From a virus, in the IMG/VR virus record IMGVR_UViG_3300050498_000097, positions 2,700-66,699 of that record: DNA of 64,000 nt; one strand, given 5' to 3'. A program made the position numbers and the translations under genes. The notes beneath the pieces were generated by a model. The model saw only the letters and a program-made list of their open reading frames with translations. It had not been told where the DNA came from and searched no databases. Below, in pieces: positions 35,879 to 46,300 of this stretch; positions within the stretch are counted from its first letter, which is position 1, and the number at the start of each line of letters is the position of its first letter.

Positions 35879-36901
35879 TTGCTATTGCAAATATCTCCTT
35901 GCTATAGCAACTAGTACTATACGGCCGCGCAACCACAGGATGCAGCTGGTGGCGCCAGCCTGGTGAGGAACATTCTGTGGTGCTGGGTGCTCGTGATCGG
36001 TGTCAGCATTGGGATCGGGTTGTTCAACGTACCGGCCGCATCGGATAGGTCGACGTTGTACGGGCCAACGCCCCAGAGTGAATTGCTACGGGTACGAGCG
36101 GTCACCGTAAAGTTCATGACACCGTTCTCGAAGGTCATGTCACCGATCGTGCCCTCAACGACCCAGGGGAAGAGTACGTAGCCGTACTCAACGCCTCCGG
36201 TGCAGGCAACACCAGCGCCACTGAGCCGGGTCCAGCCCTCAAAGGCAAAGTTGACGTTGACTACAGAGTTCTCGTCGGTGGACCAACCAATTTTCGTTGC
36301 TGCAGCATCATTGGACTGATATAGCGGCTCAGCCGCCATGATATTGACTATGTCCGGATCCACGTTGCAGAAGGTGAACGTCAGGTCCATCCACTTGAGA
36401 ATCGGGGGGTTGGTCTCTCTGACGCAGAAGAGGCCATCACCATTCTTGACGAAGAACTCTTCACGGTCCTCGTAGTTCTTGGTCATCTCAATGGAGATGA
36501 TTCCATCGCTAACGACCTGCGAGCAGCTACCGGTCACCACCTGTCCGCACGAGTTAAGCCGTGTTACCCGGACGCGAGGGACCTTAAAGGGGGTAAAGCA
36601 AACAGCGGTCATTTCGGCTCCTCGCCATTAGAAGCGGAGGTGGTTACTTCTTTTCTGGGGCGTCCAGGTCCCCTTTTAACTGGCTCTGCTTCCGTGGTAG
36701 TTGCTATAGCAACGACTTTTTCCTGCTCGGTTTCCTCGTTACTTGCTATAGCAACTACTTCCGGTTCCTCATCCGAATGAGCACTTCCATTAGCAACGGC
36801 TTGCTGATACCACGCCTCGGCCACCTCTGGATGAGCATGTATCACTCGTCCATAGTCAGACTCTTGTACATCCACGAGATCCGGGTTAGTTGCTATAGCA
36901 A
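35879..36901. repeat. TTGCTATAGCAA palindromes at 35899, 36701, 36743, 36890 plus a 1-mismatch copy at 35879
   Basis: Read directly; the copy at 36700-36713 extends to a 14-bp perfect palindrome. Confidence 0.9.
35917..36612 (-). CDS. Major tail protein
   Basis: RVRVTRLNSCG, EEF.VKN.DG..CV, L.F.FCNVDP, FAFEGW, YGY.LFPW; synteny. Confidence 0.78.
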   Translation of the reverse strand: MTAVCFTPFKVPRVRVTRLNSCGQVVTGSCSQVVSDGIISIEMTKNYEDREEFFVKNGDGLFCVRETNPPILKWMDLTFTFCNVDPDIVNIMAAEPLYQSNDAAATKIGWSTDENSVVNVNFAFEGWTRLSGAGVACTGGVEYGYVLFPWVVEGTIGDMTFENGVMNFTVTARTRSNSLWGVGPYNVDLSDAAGTLNNPIPMLTPITSTQHHRMFLTRLAPPAASCGCAAV

Positions 36902-36968
36902 ACAGTTCCCGAAGTACCTGTGGCAACAGGTCTGGTTCAACCGAGATGACGGTGTACTCCTTCATCAA
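36609..36968 (-). CDS. Small protein with a C-terminal AT-hook-like KRGPGRPRK motif
   Basis: ATGA coupling on both sides. Confidence 0.6.
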   Translation of the reverse strand: MMKEYTVISVEPDLLPQVLRELFAIATNPDLVDVQESDYGRVIHAHPEVAEAWYQQAVANGSAHSDEEPEVVAIASNEETEQEKVVAIATTTEAEPVKRGPGRPRKEVTTSASNGEEPK

Positions 36969-37807
36969 TGACTCGTATCTGTAAGCGTCACTTGTATGGC
37001 CGCTACATAACAGTCAAAGGTGAGGACGTACTCACGCTCCATAACCATCGTCAGGACGTTGGTAGACCGGTTGATAACTTCGCCCATTGTCGGCGTGAAC
37101 AGCTGCGAATCGGGGGTGCGCCAGATAGCCACTTGGCCAGTGATGTAGACCCAAGTAGTTCCTGTAGTAGGAACCTGACCAGTGGGCCCAGTGCCAGCGT
37201 AGTTACCAAAGGAGACAGCAGTACCGACGTCCGTGCGCCAGACTCCGCTTTCCTTCTCAATCAGGTGGGCACCCTTGTAGTAGGCAGCCGCTTCCATGGG
37301 GACATGGAGAACACCCGGTAGTCCGTACCGGGTGTAGAGCCAATCTTCCAATGCACCAGTGGCTGCAACTACGCCAGCGGCAGAGCCCAGATTGACGACG
37401 TTGGGATTACCCCCGAGTCCTGGTGATAAGCCGAAAGCGGAGGTGGAGAAGATGTTCTCGACTGCAGCCTGTTCGCCAGCGACCAGTTGGTCGTAGAGGA
37501 ACTTGTTGACCCGCTCGGTACCCCAATTGACCAGACCAACCGCACTGCAGCGAATGGCCGAATAGACAACGAATGGGCCACCGGAAACGATGGCTACTGA
37601 GGACTCAAGGGTCTTGGAGGCATGTGAATCTTGACAGTTGACCTGATAGCCAAGAGGCAGGCTACAGGTAGAAATCTCGTACTGTAGTCCACCGATACGA
37701 GCATGCTGAGGAAGGTCCAGGGGGCCAGTGGCCGCCTGGAACAAGCCGTACCTAGGTACAACCGGATTGGGTGCCGGTACATAAATTGGGCCGTTGAGTG
37801 CCGCCAT
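36965..37807 (-). CDS. Major capsid pentamer protein (cluster-B-like)
   Basis: P.P..PRYGLF.AA, GG..YE, PF.VY....C, G..H.P; follows the hexamer gene. Confidence 0.65.
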   Translation of the reverse strand: MAALNGPIYVPAPNPVVPRYGLFQAATGPLDLPQHARIGGLQYEISTCSLPLGYQVNCQDSHASKTLESSVAIVSGGPFVVYSAIRCSAVGLVNWGTERVNKFLYDQLVAGEQAAVENIFSTSAFGLSPGLGGNPNVVNLGSAAGVVAATGALEDWLYTRYGLPGVLHVPMEAAAYYKGAHLIEKESGVWRTDVGTAVSFGNYAGTGPTGQVPTTGTTWVYITGQVAIWRTPDSQLFTPTMGEVINRSTNVLTMVMEREYVLTFDCYVAAIQVTLTDTSH

Positions 37808-37832
37808 CGTCCCCTCCTCCCTGTTAGGTCAG

Positions 37833-37862
37833 TGGGGGTTGGGCCAGTTGACCCAACCCCCA
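37833..37862. terminator. 11-bp perfect stem-loop between the two capsid genes
   Basis: TGGGGGTTGGG-ccagttga-CCCAACCCCCA; no U-tract. Confidence 0.55.
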
Positions 37863-37871
37863 TAAGGCCTA

Positions 37872-39557
37872 TTAGCAGGTCACGTCTCGCTGGAGGCCGG
37901 TCTTACCGGATGGGCAAATGGCGACTGTGTAGACACGGCTAACTGGGCAGAAGCGCATGGCTCGGAAGCCGTCTTCCAAGAAGAGCTGTGTCACTTTGTT
38001 GGTGGCCAGGTTGGTGCTGTCGTAGATGGTGTCCAGACGGATAACATCCTGACGAGCAACCACCCAGGTTCCAGCCGGGTAGGCAAGGAAGCTGACGTTG
38101 ACCGGCAGTGCACAGATCGGAACGTCCGAACCTGGGAACGGGCCACCGGAAACACCAGTACCAGTGAAGGAGTCCTGCCAGTCGTAGACCCACTGGGCAC
38201 GAGCGTTGCGGGTACGGAGCATCTCCGTGATCATGTTGTCGGTCAGGTTGGCATCCATCGGGCCATTGCGCCGGATCCAGTCAGCCCGCATCTGAGCCTT
38301 GAGCCAGTACGGGAAGATGAACTCGATCGTCTGGGCCTGCTGCAGGCGCAGCCGGTACTGGATGTCAACGCTGGCGACCTCAACGGCCGACATGACCTGG
38401 GACACGACTGTAGCGTCAGTTGTGAATGGGGCACAGGCCATGGACACGGCGGTGGAGTCCGTAACCATGTCGGCAATGATCTGCCGGTTCACGTTGTGGG
38501 CCTGGGCGGCAATAGCGCCCTGGACGAACTCAGAGACGAACTCCGGGTAGCCACGGTTCTGGAGAATGTCGCCGGTCAAGCAGAGGGCGGCAACCTTCAG
38601 ACGGTCATCCACGAAGGAGGGGCAAGGAACCGCGACACAGGTCTTGGTTGTGTCGGAGATGACCTGAGCCTCAGTCAGGATGTTGAAGCCTGTACCGGAT
38701 CCGAAGATGGTGTCGAACTGGATGCCCTGGTTGTGCCGGATGCCGCCACGACGGGCGCCAATCTCAGGAACCGAGAGCAGACCATCGGTCGTGATCTGGT
38801 TACAGGTGGTGTAGATGGTCTCAGACGGAGCACACCAACCGGCACCAGCCAGAAGTGACCCACCAGGAAGACGGCTCTCGTCCCTGGCGAAGTCGATCTT
38901 CTTCATGATCGAGATGTCGTCGTCACCGTCACTGACGGACAGTTCGTTGGTGAACTCACGCTTGATCGTGGCCACAGTGGACTGCTGAGCAGTACCGCCG
39001 CTGTGGGTGTGGGACCGGGCTACGAAGGCCTTGGCCACGTCGAGCCAGCCATCTAGCTCAGCACCAGCGGAGAAGCCGGTGTCGGCTGCGGCCAGGATCT
39101 TGAACTGTGGCTTCTGCTCATCGCCGTATGTCACTGTGCCCTCCACGACCTGAGTTGTGGAGACAGCAATGTCAGATACAGAAGGAACCTTGTCAGCGGG
39201 AGGACTGGCCATTGCCATTTCAGCTGCCTTGGCTCGTGCCTTACGAGCTACAGGGGCAACCTCAACCTCGGCCTCTTCTTCAGCGTCTTCGTCGTCTTCG
39301 TCGGCTTCAACAGCGGTGACCTTAGTCAGAGTGTTGAAGCGCTGGTGACGGTCCTTGCGGCTTTCCAGCTCCTCGTCAACCATGACCATGAAGTTCTTCA
39401 GGTCTTCAAGGTTGTCAAGGTCCTCATCGTCGGCGGTCTCAGGGGTCAGTGCTTCACGGAGAGCATCAAACGCTGCAGCAGCCTCAAGGCCAAGGTCACG
39501 TAGGGCAGCGACCGTAAACCGGGGGAGGCTGTTGGCGTCCGGAATCTCGAATTCCAT
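37872..39557 (-). CDS. Major capsid (hexamer) protein with N-terminal scaffold-like region
   Basis: SLLAGAGWCAPSETIY, LSVPEI..RRGGIR, C..VPCPSF.D.RL, G.YPE, P.W....MRAD, DST.L.TN. Confidence 0.82.
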   Translation of the reverse strand: MEFEIPDANSLPRFTVAALRDLGLEAAAAFDALREALTPETADDEDLDNLEDLKNFMVMVDEELESRKDRHQRFNTLTKVTAVEADEDDEDAEEEAEVEVAPVARKARAKAAEMAMASPPADKVPSVSDIAVSTTQVVEGTVTYGDEQKPQFKILAAADTGFSAGAELDGWLDVAKAFVARSHTHSGGTAQQSTVATIKREFTNELSVSDGDDDISIMKKIDFARDESRLPGGSLLAGAGWCAPSETIYTTCNQITTDGLLSVPEIGARRGGIRHNQGIQFDTIFGSGTGFNILTEAQVISDTTKTCVAVPCPSFVDDRLKVAALCLTGDILQNRGYPEFVSEFVQGAIAAQAHNVNRQIIADMVTDSTAVSMACAPFTTDATVVSQVMSAVEVASVDIQYRLRLQQAQTIEFIFPYWLKAQMRADWIRRNGPMDANLTDNMITEMLRTRNARAQWVYDWQDSFTGTGVSGGPFPGSDVPICALPVNVSFLAYPAGTWVVARQDVIRLDTIYDSTNLATNKVTQLFLEDGFRAMRFCPVSRVYTVAICPSGKTGLQRDVTC

Positions 39558-39636
39558 CGCTTGGCCTTTCGGAAAGTTACGTAGTTAGCACGCAGCTATT
39601 CCGCCCGGCTCCCAGCTCAGCAGCGAATGTGATTGG

Positions 39637-39665
39637 ATTATGTATCTAATTCAAGTAATTGTCCA
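39637..39665 (-). promoter_or_regulatory. Sigma70/SigA-type promoter upstream of the capsid gene
   Basis: TGGACA-N17-CATAAT in an AT-rich intergenic gap. Confidence 0.6.
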
Positions 39666-39694
39666 GTCAAGTGAGGACAATTTCCCGGAAGATG

Positions 39695-39853
39695 TTACTT
39701 CTTCTTGACCTCGATACGGCCGCCGTACTTGGTAACAGCAATGTCGGCCGCGACCTTGGAGGCAAACTCCTCTGTCTGTCCGTTCGCCTTGCGCACAACG
39801 TAGCTCTCAGCGGCATTGCCTCCGCTCTTGCCACAGTTACAGGGCATTCTCAT
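39695..39853 (-). CDS. Small Cys-motif protein (MPCNCGK...), absent from ORF track
   Basis: 50-52 aa, GC3-rich, ATGA overlap with the upstream gene. Confidence 0.65.
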   Translation of the reverse strand: MRMPCNCGKSGGNAAESYVVRKANGQTEEFASKVAADIAVTKYGGRIEVKKK

Positions 39854-40062
39854 TCCCTCTCTCGCAGTGAGGCGTAGCCATTAGACCAGCCGCTGTAATC
39901 ATTGAACACTTCTTCAGCGGGAAGGTCCACTAGGCGTTTAGAGATGATTGTCTTAACCCCCTTGCCTTGGTACGTGATCTTGCCGTCCTCCAGGGTGGCG
40001 GTATCCCCGGTAGGAACCGACTCGTCCCCAGTGTCATCGATGAGTTCCAGGACACGGGCCAC
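39850..40062 (-). CDS. Small hypothetical protein (candidate immunity factor)
   Basis: AGGAGG RBS then GTG 40062; ends GWSNGY..LRERE. Confidence 0.65.
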   Translation of the reverse strand: MARVLELIDDTGDESVPTGDTATLEDGKITYQGKGVKTIISKRLVDLPAEEVFNDYSGWSNGYASLRERE

Positions 40063-40073
40063 AACGCACCTCC

Positions 40074-40082
40074 TGCTATACT
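40074..40082 (+). promoter_or_regulatory. Extended -10 promoter TGCTATACT for a leaderless transcript
   Basis: TGn-TATACT-N6-ATG(40089). Confidence 0.65.
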
Positions 40083-40088
40083 GGCTCC

Positions 40089-40310
40089 ATGGCAAAGCGA
40101 GTGGATGATGAGACCGAGTTCATTATGGCCGATGAGGACGGGAATCCGACCAGAGATCGGTCCAAGGCCGTGATGGCTGAGCGGACCAAGACCCTTCCGG
40201 GCGGAATCGAAGAGCACACCATCATGCGCAAGAAGGGCCGTGGTGGTGGACGTTCGCCAGTCGATCCGGTCACGGGAAAGATCCGGCCGGAAGCTCTCAG
40301 AGAGAACTAG
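40089..40310 (+). CDS. Small antisense-oriented protein (candidate antitoxin/regulator)
   Basis: Own extended -10; GC3-rich codons; converges on the giant gene stop. Confidence 0.6.
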   Translation: MAKRVDDETEFIMADEDGNPTRDRSKAVMAERTKTLPGGIEEHTIMRKKGRGGGRSPVDPVTGKIRPEALREN

Positions 40311-43300
40311 ACGCTAGCGGTAATTCGTTCTGCTGCCTGCGCTGCTTCCCGGAAGATATCCGCCAGCCTCCGGTCAGGATCGATTTGCCCACGGAACGGC
40401 TCACGTTCTTCAGCTGTCTGGCCCCGACGAGCCCATTCTGCCAATTGTCCACGCATCTCTGGCGCACGTAGGCGTGTCTCCAGATTCCACATGGGATAGG
40501 CGCCATCGCGACTTTCGTGGTACCGCCGCAGTACGCCCTCGATCCTGCTATCAAGCTCGCGCCGTGAACCTGTTAATTCGCCCCTGCCTGCCTCTCGGAA
40601 GATTTCCGCCAGCTGCTCCACAGCGGAAACCCGGTCCTTGCGGTCAGGAAGATTTCCATTTTCCACTCGACGGGCCAGTGGGATCCGGTTCAGATCTTCT
40701 AGAAGCTGACGTAGTGCTGGTGGTGTGTTCACTGGAATGTCAGGGATTTCAGCCACGGGTGCGTCCATCTGAGCTAATGCCTTGTCGTACAGCGCCCGGA
40801 CGTTGGGGTCCGTTTCCGCTGCTCGCATCATTCTAAGCTCGTCAATTGCCCGTTGAGTGGCATCAAGATCAGTGACATTGCGGCTGTAGTCACGCCGCAG
40901 CTCCATCACTCTGTTCGCTGAGCCATTCCGATTACGCTTGGCAAGCGCCTGCGCCAGGTTCATTGCTGGTGAGTCCCCGTGCATGATGCTGTTGTCACCC
41001 TCTGGGTCACCCCGAAGTGGAACACTTTCATCTACCGGGGGACGTGGACCAGCTGCACGTAGCCGTTCTTCATCGACGCGATCCTGCTCCTGTAGCCGGC
41101 GCATTTCGGCGTCTACCAGCTCAGGTCGGAGATCCCGGATATCCCGATCAAGCAAACTGCCACGTGCTCGCATACGCAGTGGTTCTTCATTCTCTATCTC
41201 AGTGGCAACGCGCTCAATCCCAGCTTCCTCTGTCGCCCTTCTCCTTCTATCTTCTGCAATGAAGTTGTCAACGTCCTCCGGAGTAAGTAGTCCACGCCGG
41301 TTGTTGTCAGCCATCTTGCGGGCTGCAGGAGTATCAGCTTCTTCGGCGTACCGGTCGATACGGTCCTGAACCAGATCAGTTAGGACTCGCTGGAGAAGAC
41401 CACCTGGACCCTGCAGCTCGTTAGCGACCTCGTTAGCCGTTATGGGCGCTGGGGCTGCCTTCTTGGCAGGGCTCTCGGCAGGCGCAGTCTTCTTGGCAGC
41501 CGGTACGGTCTTCTTCTCCCGAGTGATAGTTGGCTTGGCGGGTGTCTCAGGTGCCTCAGGTGCAGCCTTCTTGGCTGCCGGTGCCTTGCGAGGACGCACC
41601 GGACCCTCAGTGCCTGGAGCTTCGGCAATGACCTTGCCACGGTTCAGGATGACGTACTGGTCTTTGGCGCCGGTCTCTGGGTCAACACCAAATGCCATAG
41701 ACCCACGAGGGGCATGGATAGCGTCGTATCCGCGTGAGATTGCGTAGTGGCCCATGCCATCGGATGAGCCATGAACCTCGTTGTCAAGGACGCTGACATA
41801 TCCGTAGAGCTTTGCTTCTGGACTATTGGGGTCTAGACCCTTGATGAAGTCGTCATACTCCTGACGCAAGTCTTCTAGCTCAACGATTTTTGCATCTTTG
41901 GCAAGACCGTATCGAGCAACAGAGCCATCAGTCAGATCACTGTAACCCTTAGCATGCTGACTGTTCCGGGTCATGTATGTGCCGTTACCGAAGACTCCCT
42001 GTCCTGCGTGGTAGCGACCTTCCCGGAATTCGGCATGGACCTCGGATGCGGGCTTGGTTCTGTAGTAGCTGCTGACGTTGGCATCGCGACCTGATGTATT
42101 GATTCCACGGTACAGAACCAGACCAATGTCCTTCTTCCGCCGCTGCTCGAACTCTTCCCGAGAGACAACCTCAGGAAGCGCGTCAAATCCCTGACGCTCG
42201 GCTAGCTTTTCTGCAGTCAGGTCGCCGCCACGACGACTCTGCCGCTCCCCGTACCGGTTGTCACTACGTTGTTTGCTGTAGTCAGGATCTGTTTCAATCT
42301 GCTCGTAGAGTCGAGCAGCCAGGCCTGACTCTCGGGTGCGGTCCTTGGTATCTACCTTCTTGGCCCGCAGATCTGCCTTACGAACCTCGTCGGCATCTGC
42401 AAAGTGCTCCAGGATGTCAGCCTTCAGCTCCTTGGTGCTCTTGGTCCCAGGCTTTAGCCCTAGGTCCTTGGCAATACCTCTCCAGATAACTGGGGAAGTG
42501 CCGAGATGCGACTTGTACTTAGGCTTCGGCAGCGCCGCATCAAGACGTTCAATCACACGTTCACGAGCGCCCGAACCTTGGGCGTCTAATAGCGCTCGCC
42601 GCAGGTTTTCAGTGTTGACCGTCTTGTCAGGCCTCAGAACAGCCCTAGCCTCATGGGCTGCTCGCACCTCCTCGCGCTCCTTCTTGGCCTTTTCGTCCTG
42701 CTCAGCATGCCGCTTGTCTTCTGCGTCCCGCTCCCTCTGCGTCATCGCCTTGCGACGATCCCGTTCGCGCTGCTCGCTTTCACGACGGTCCTGATCCATA
42801 CGCTGTATCACGTCACGGGTGTACTTGGCTTGACGCCAGTCAGGAATCGACCGTTCCCTGGCCTTCAGGTAATCCGCCGTCTCCTCCTCAGTAAGCTTCG
42901 CCCTCTTAGCGGCAGCTGTCTTCCGCTTCAGCTCCTGGCTCTTCTCCAGCTCCTTACCTCTGGCTGTACGCCAGACACCAAGTGACTGGTGATTGGAGCT
43001 GGCGTAGCTCTGGGCATCTGCTTCACTGAGTCCGGCCCTGCGAGCAACGGCTAGCTTTCGACGCTCTTCTTTGGACTGTGGTGTCTCGGGAGCAGCCTTC
43101 GCCGCTGGAGCAGCCTTGGGTGCTCGCTTGATGACTGGCTTAGGGCCTGCAGCTAGGGACCGGAGTTTACGTCGGGCATCGTCGTCTAGTCCTGACTCCT
43201 TGTCACTGGCCATATCCCTGATAGCACGCCGGACGAAGTCACCATGATCTGCATATAGGTCATCTAGCAGTTCACGTGTAACCGGGACCCAGCCATACTC

Positions 43301-46300
43301 CAGGACCTCTCCCTTTTCTTCGGGTCCCTTGAACCGGACTCTGGCTGCTTGGCTGGGAGTAAGGTGCCGGTGGAGTACCGTCGTTTCGACCCAGGACTCA
43401 TCAGTATTCCGTGGGTCATTGACCTTGCCCTCAAAGACTTGGCGAGCACCCGTGGTGGTGAGATCAACCCCGGTCTCCTCGCGGAGTTCCCGTCTGGCAG
43501 CGGCAGCAGCAGACTCGTCTCCGTCCCTGAATCCGCCTGGAATCGCCTGTGGGTTCTTGCCGTTCACCTTCTTTCCACGAGTGATCCGGATCATCTCCAG
43601 TTCACCGGTCTCAGGATTGTTTCGAGTGATGATGAAGTCAGCCGCTTGGTTCGGGCCCTTGTAGAAGAGATCTCCCTTCGATGCCCTTTCCCTGCCAGTT
43701 ACCTTGGCTGGTACGGCCTTCTTTGTTAACGTTGCCCTGATCTCAGCAGTCTGTGGCCCTTCTGGTGTCCCGTCCCAGTCCTCGACATAACGCTTGGCAT
43801 CAGCCAAATTGTCAAAGTCCTTGGGCTCTCCACCCCTGACATCATCAATGTGTCGATAGGCCCGGAAGCGGCCGGTGTCAATTTCATCATCGGCCGGGAA
43901 CTCAGCGACATGACCCTTGCGGCTGGTGTGGGTAGTTACGCCCATACTGCCAGGGCCCGCTTTACGCCAAGCAAGCCGACGAGCCGTTGGCTTGGCTGGT
44001 GCGGCCTTCTTAGTAGGTCTGGCCTCAATCTCATCGGCCAGTGCACGCAGACGAGCAGCTTCTGCAGTGAACCTGTCGTACCGTTCCTTCTGCTCCTGAG
44101 TCCATGTCTCTCGCGGGGAACCAAGGCCGATGTATCCAGCGCTGTCCGCTTGGCCCTGGGCGTACTGCCGAATACGTCGGGCTGCTGCAGGACGACTGAT
44201 CCGACCATTCCGTGCAGCGTCAGCCCAGTCCTCAGCACTATTCAATTCCTGTTCGGCTCGTGCCGGAGTTAGTCTGCCCGACGTCGCCTTCTTCGTTGGA
44301 CTGACTCCGGACGAAACATTGAGCCCATCGCCCCTACGGTATGACTGCAGCTGCGGTGCACCCTTGCCATCGCCCCATGCAACGGTCACCAGATAGCCGT
44401 CAAGACCAGACCGCTGAATATCGGTAACGTGACCGGTACCAACCAACTCCCTTGGCATCGAGCCAGGACTCTGGTCCGGCTCAATGACATCGCCAACCTT
44501 GAGGTCTTCCACCTTCACAGCACGTGTTGGCACTGTTGTTACAGCCTTGACTGGGACGGTCTTCTTGGCGGGGGCGGCCTTCTTGGCGATCTTAGGAGCA
44601 GCTCGTTTGGCTTCGGCAGCCGTCTCCTTGCGGTAGAACGTGCCACGTGGGGCATCGGGCACGGTGTTCATCTCACGGCCGTCGTTGTCACGAACGCGCA
44701 GACTGCCGTCACGGTTGTGCCGGATGACGGTGACCGGGAATGCGCCCTTGCCGCGCACCATTTCAGGGACAATCTGACCCTCAGAATCCGGTTCGACCAT
44801 AATCCGGTCGCCGATCTGTACATCCGGTGTACGGGCCTTACTGCCAGCAGCCTTTGCAACAGGCGCCGGAGCCTTGGTCGCCTTGGCCCTGGTGACCTTG
44901 GGCTTTGCGGGAGTCTCCGGTATTGCCTTCTTTGCTGCTGGGCGCCGACGCGCTGATACCTTTTCCAGCATCCCGTCGATGCGTTCCAGCGCATTGGCAT
45001 GCCACTGTTCCCGGCCATAGGCACGAAACTCTGGGGCCATGGCAATGAGTGCTCTACGGGCAGCTCTCAGTTCTGTAGCCGAGAATGGGAGATCATCAGC
45101 CCAGTCAATGTTGCCATCGCTATCAATCACTGTCGCCTTGTAGTAGGCATCGAGTGGGTCATCAAGGCTTGGATACGATGGCTTACCAACTTCACCACCC
45201 TGGAAGCTGGAGGCATGGTCAATACCTACCAGCTCTTCTCCTTCCCGTAGCAGGTTCCCGTCGTGACGGTCCTGGTTACCAGTAACCAAGTCGTATAGGT
45301 ATAGCCTCCGACCGCTCTCACCTCGTACCAGGCGACGAAGTACACGTGGCTGATAGGCAATGTTCAATGGTCCGGGCACCCGGTCCATGTACACGGTTTC
45401 TGGATCAGCCTTGTAGGCAGCCGGGACTCGAACACCCAGTCGACGGGCATAGGAGCTAGCTAGGACTTCAGCGTCTACTTGGTCTTCTGGACTGTAGTCA
45501 TAAGCCTTACCCTTGTCTCTCTTTGGTTGCTTACGAATCATCTTCCGACCATCGGCACCACGGACCTGCCAAACCTTGCCATGCTTGAGCCCACCGATGC
45601 GGCGTTCCTCAGTTACGCCGCCAGCTACCGATGCATGAATAGCTCTAGCCTCAGGGCCTTCGGACCTGACGGGCTTCCGGAGAGATGGCGCAGGGGCTGC
45701 CTTCTTGACCGGGGCAGCTGCTTTCTTAACGGGGGCAGCCTTCTTGGCCGCAGGTGCCTTCTTGGCTGCTGGCCTGCGTGCTGGAGCCTCAATGCCTTTC
45801 GCCTTGCGCCAAGCCGCTAGTGTCTTGTGCTCGGACCTAGCAAAGTCACGAGCCTCTGAGGGCGTGAGGCCTCGACGCTCACCCAGTTCGAGCTTTTCGT
45901 TGTCAGGGGGCGATCTCCTGTCCAAGAACGCCCGTGCCCGGTCATTAGCCTCAAGAGTCTTTGTGCCGTCACTAGCGGAATACCGCTTGTCGATGTTGCG
46001 AACAGCGTCAACGATGCTCTCACGCTGGTCGGGGGCCAAATCCCGCCAGTCGTCATCAGTGAGCCGTTCGAATGCAGGCAGGATGAGGTACGGATTACCG
46101 GAGCGCCCACCGCGACGGGCCATCTCCAGCGCGTCGGCAGTCCTTTCTCCTCTGGCACGGAAGCCGGATGGTGCAGTCTTCTTTCTCCTGCGAAGCCTCA
46201 GGAACGGCTGTCCACGGCCTCGACCACCAAGGCGCTTGGCAATGGCCTGACGCATCTCCGGGATCTTGTAGTTAGCGGCCTCGGGAATGCCAATGTCATG

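Noticed and set aside
35879-36901. Palindrome cluster as a CRISPR-like array
   Set aside because: Units are only 12-14 bp with irregular spacing (20, 802, 42, 147 bp) and lie inside coding sequence; kept as a putative operator set instead.
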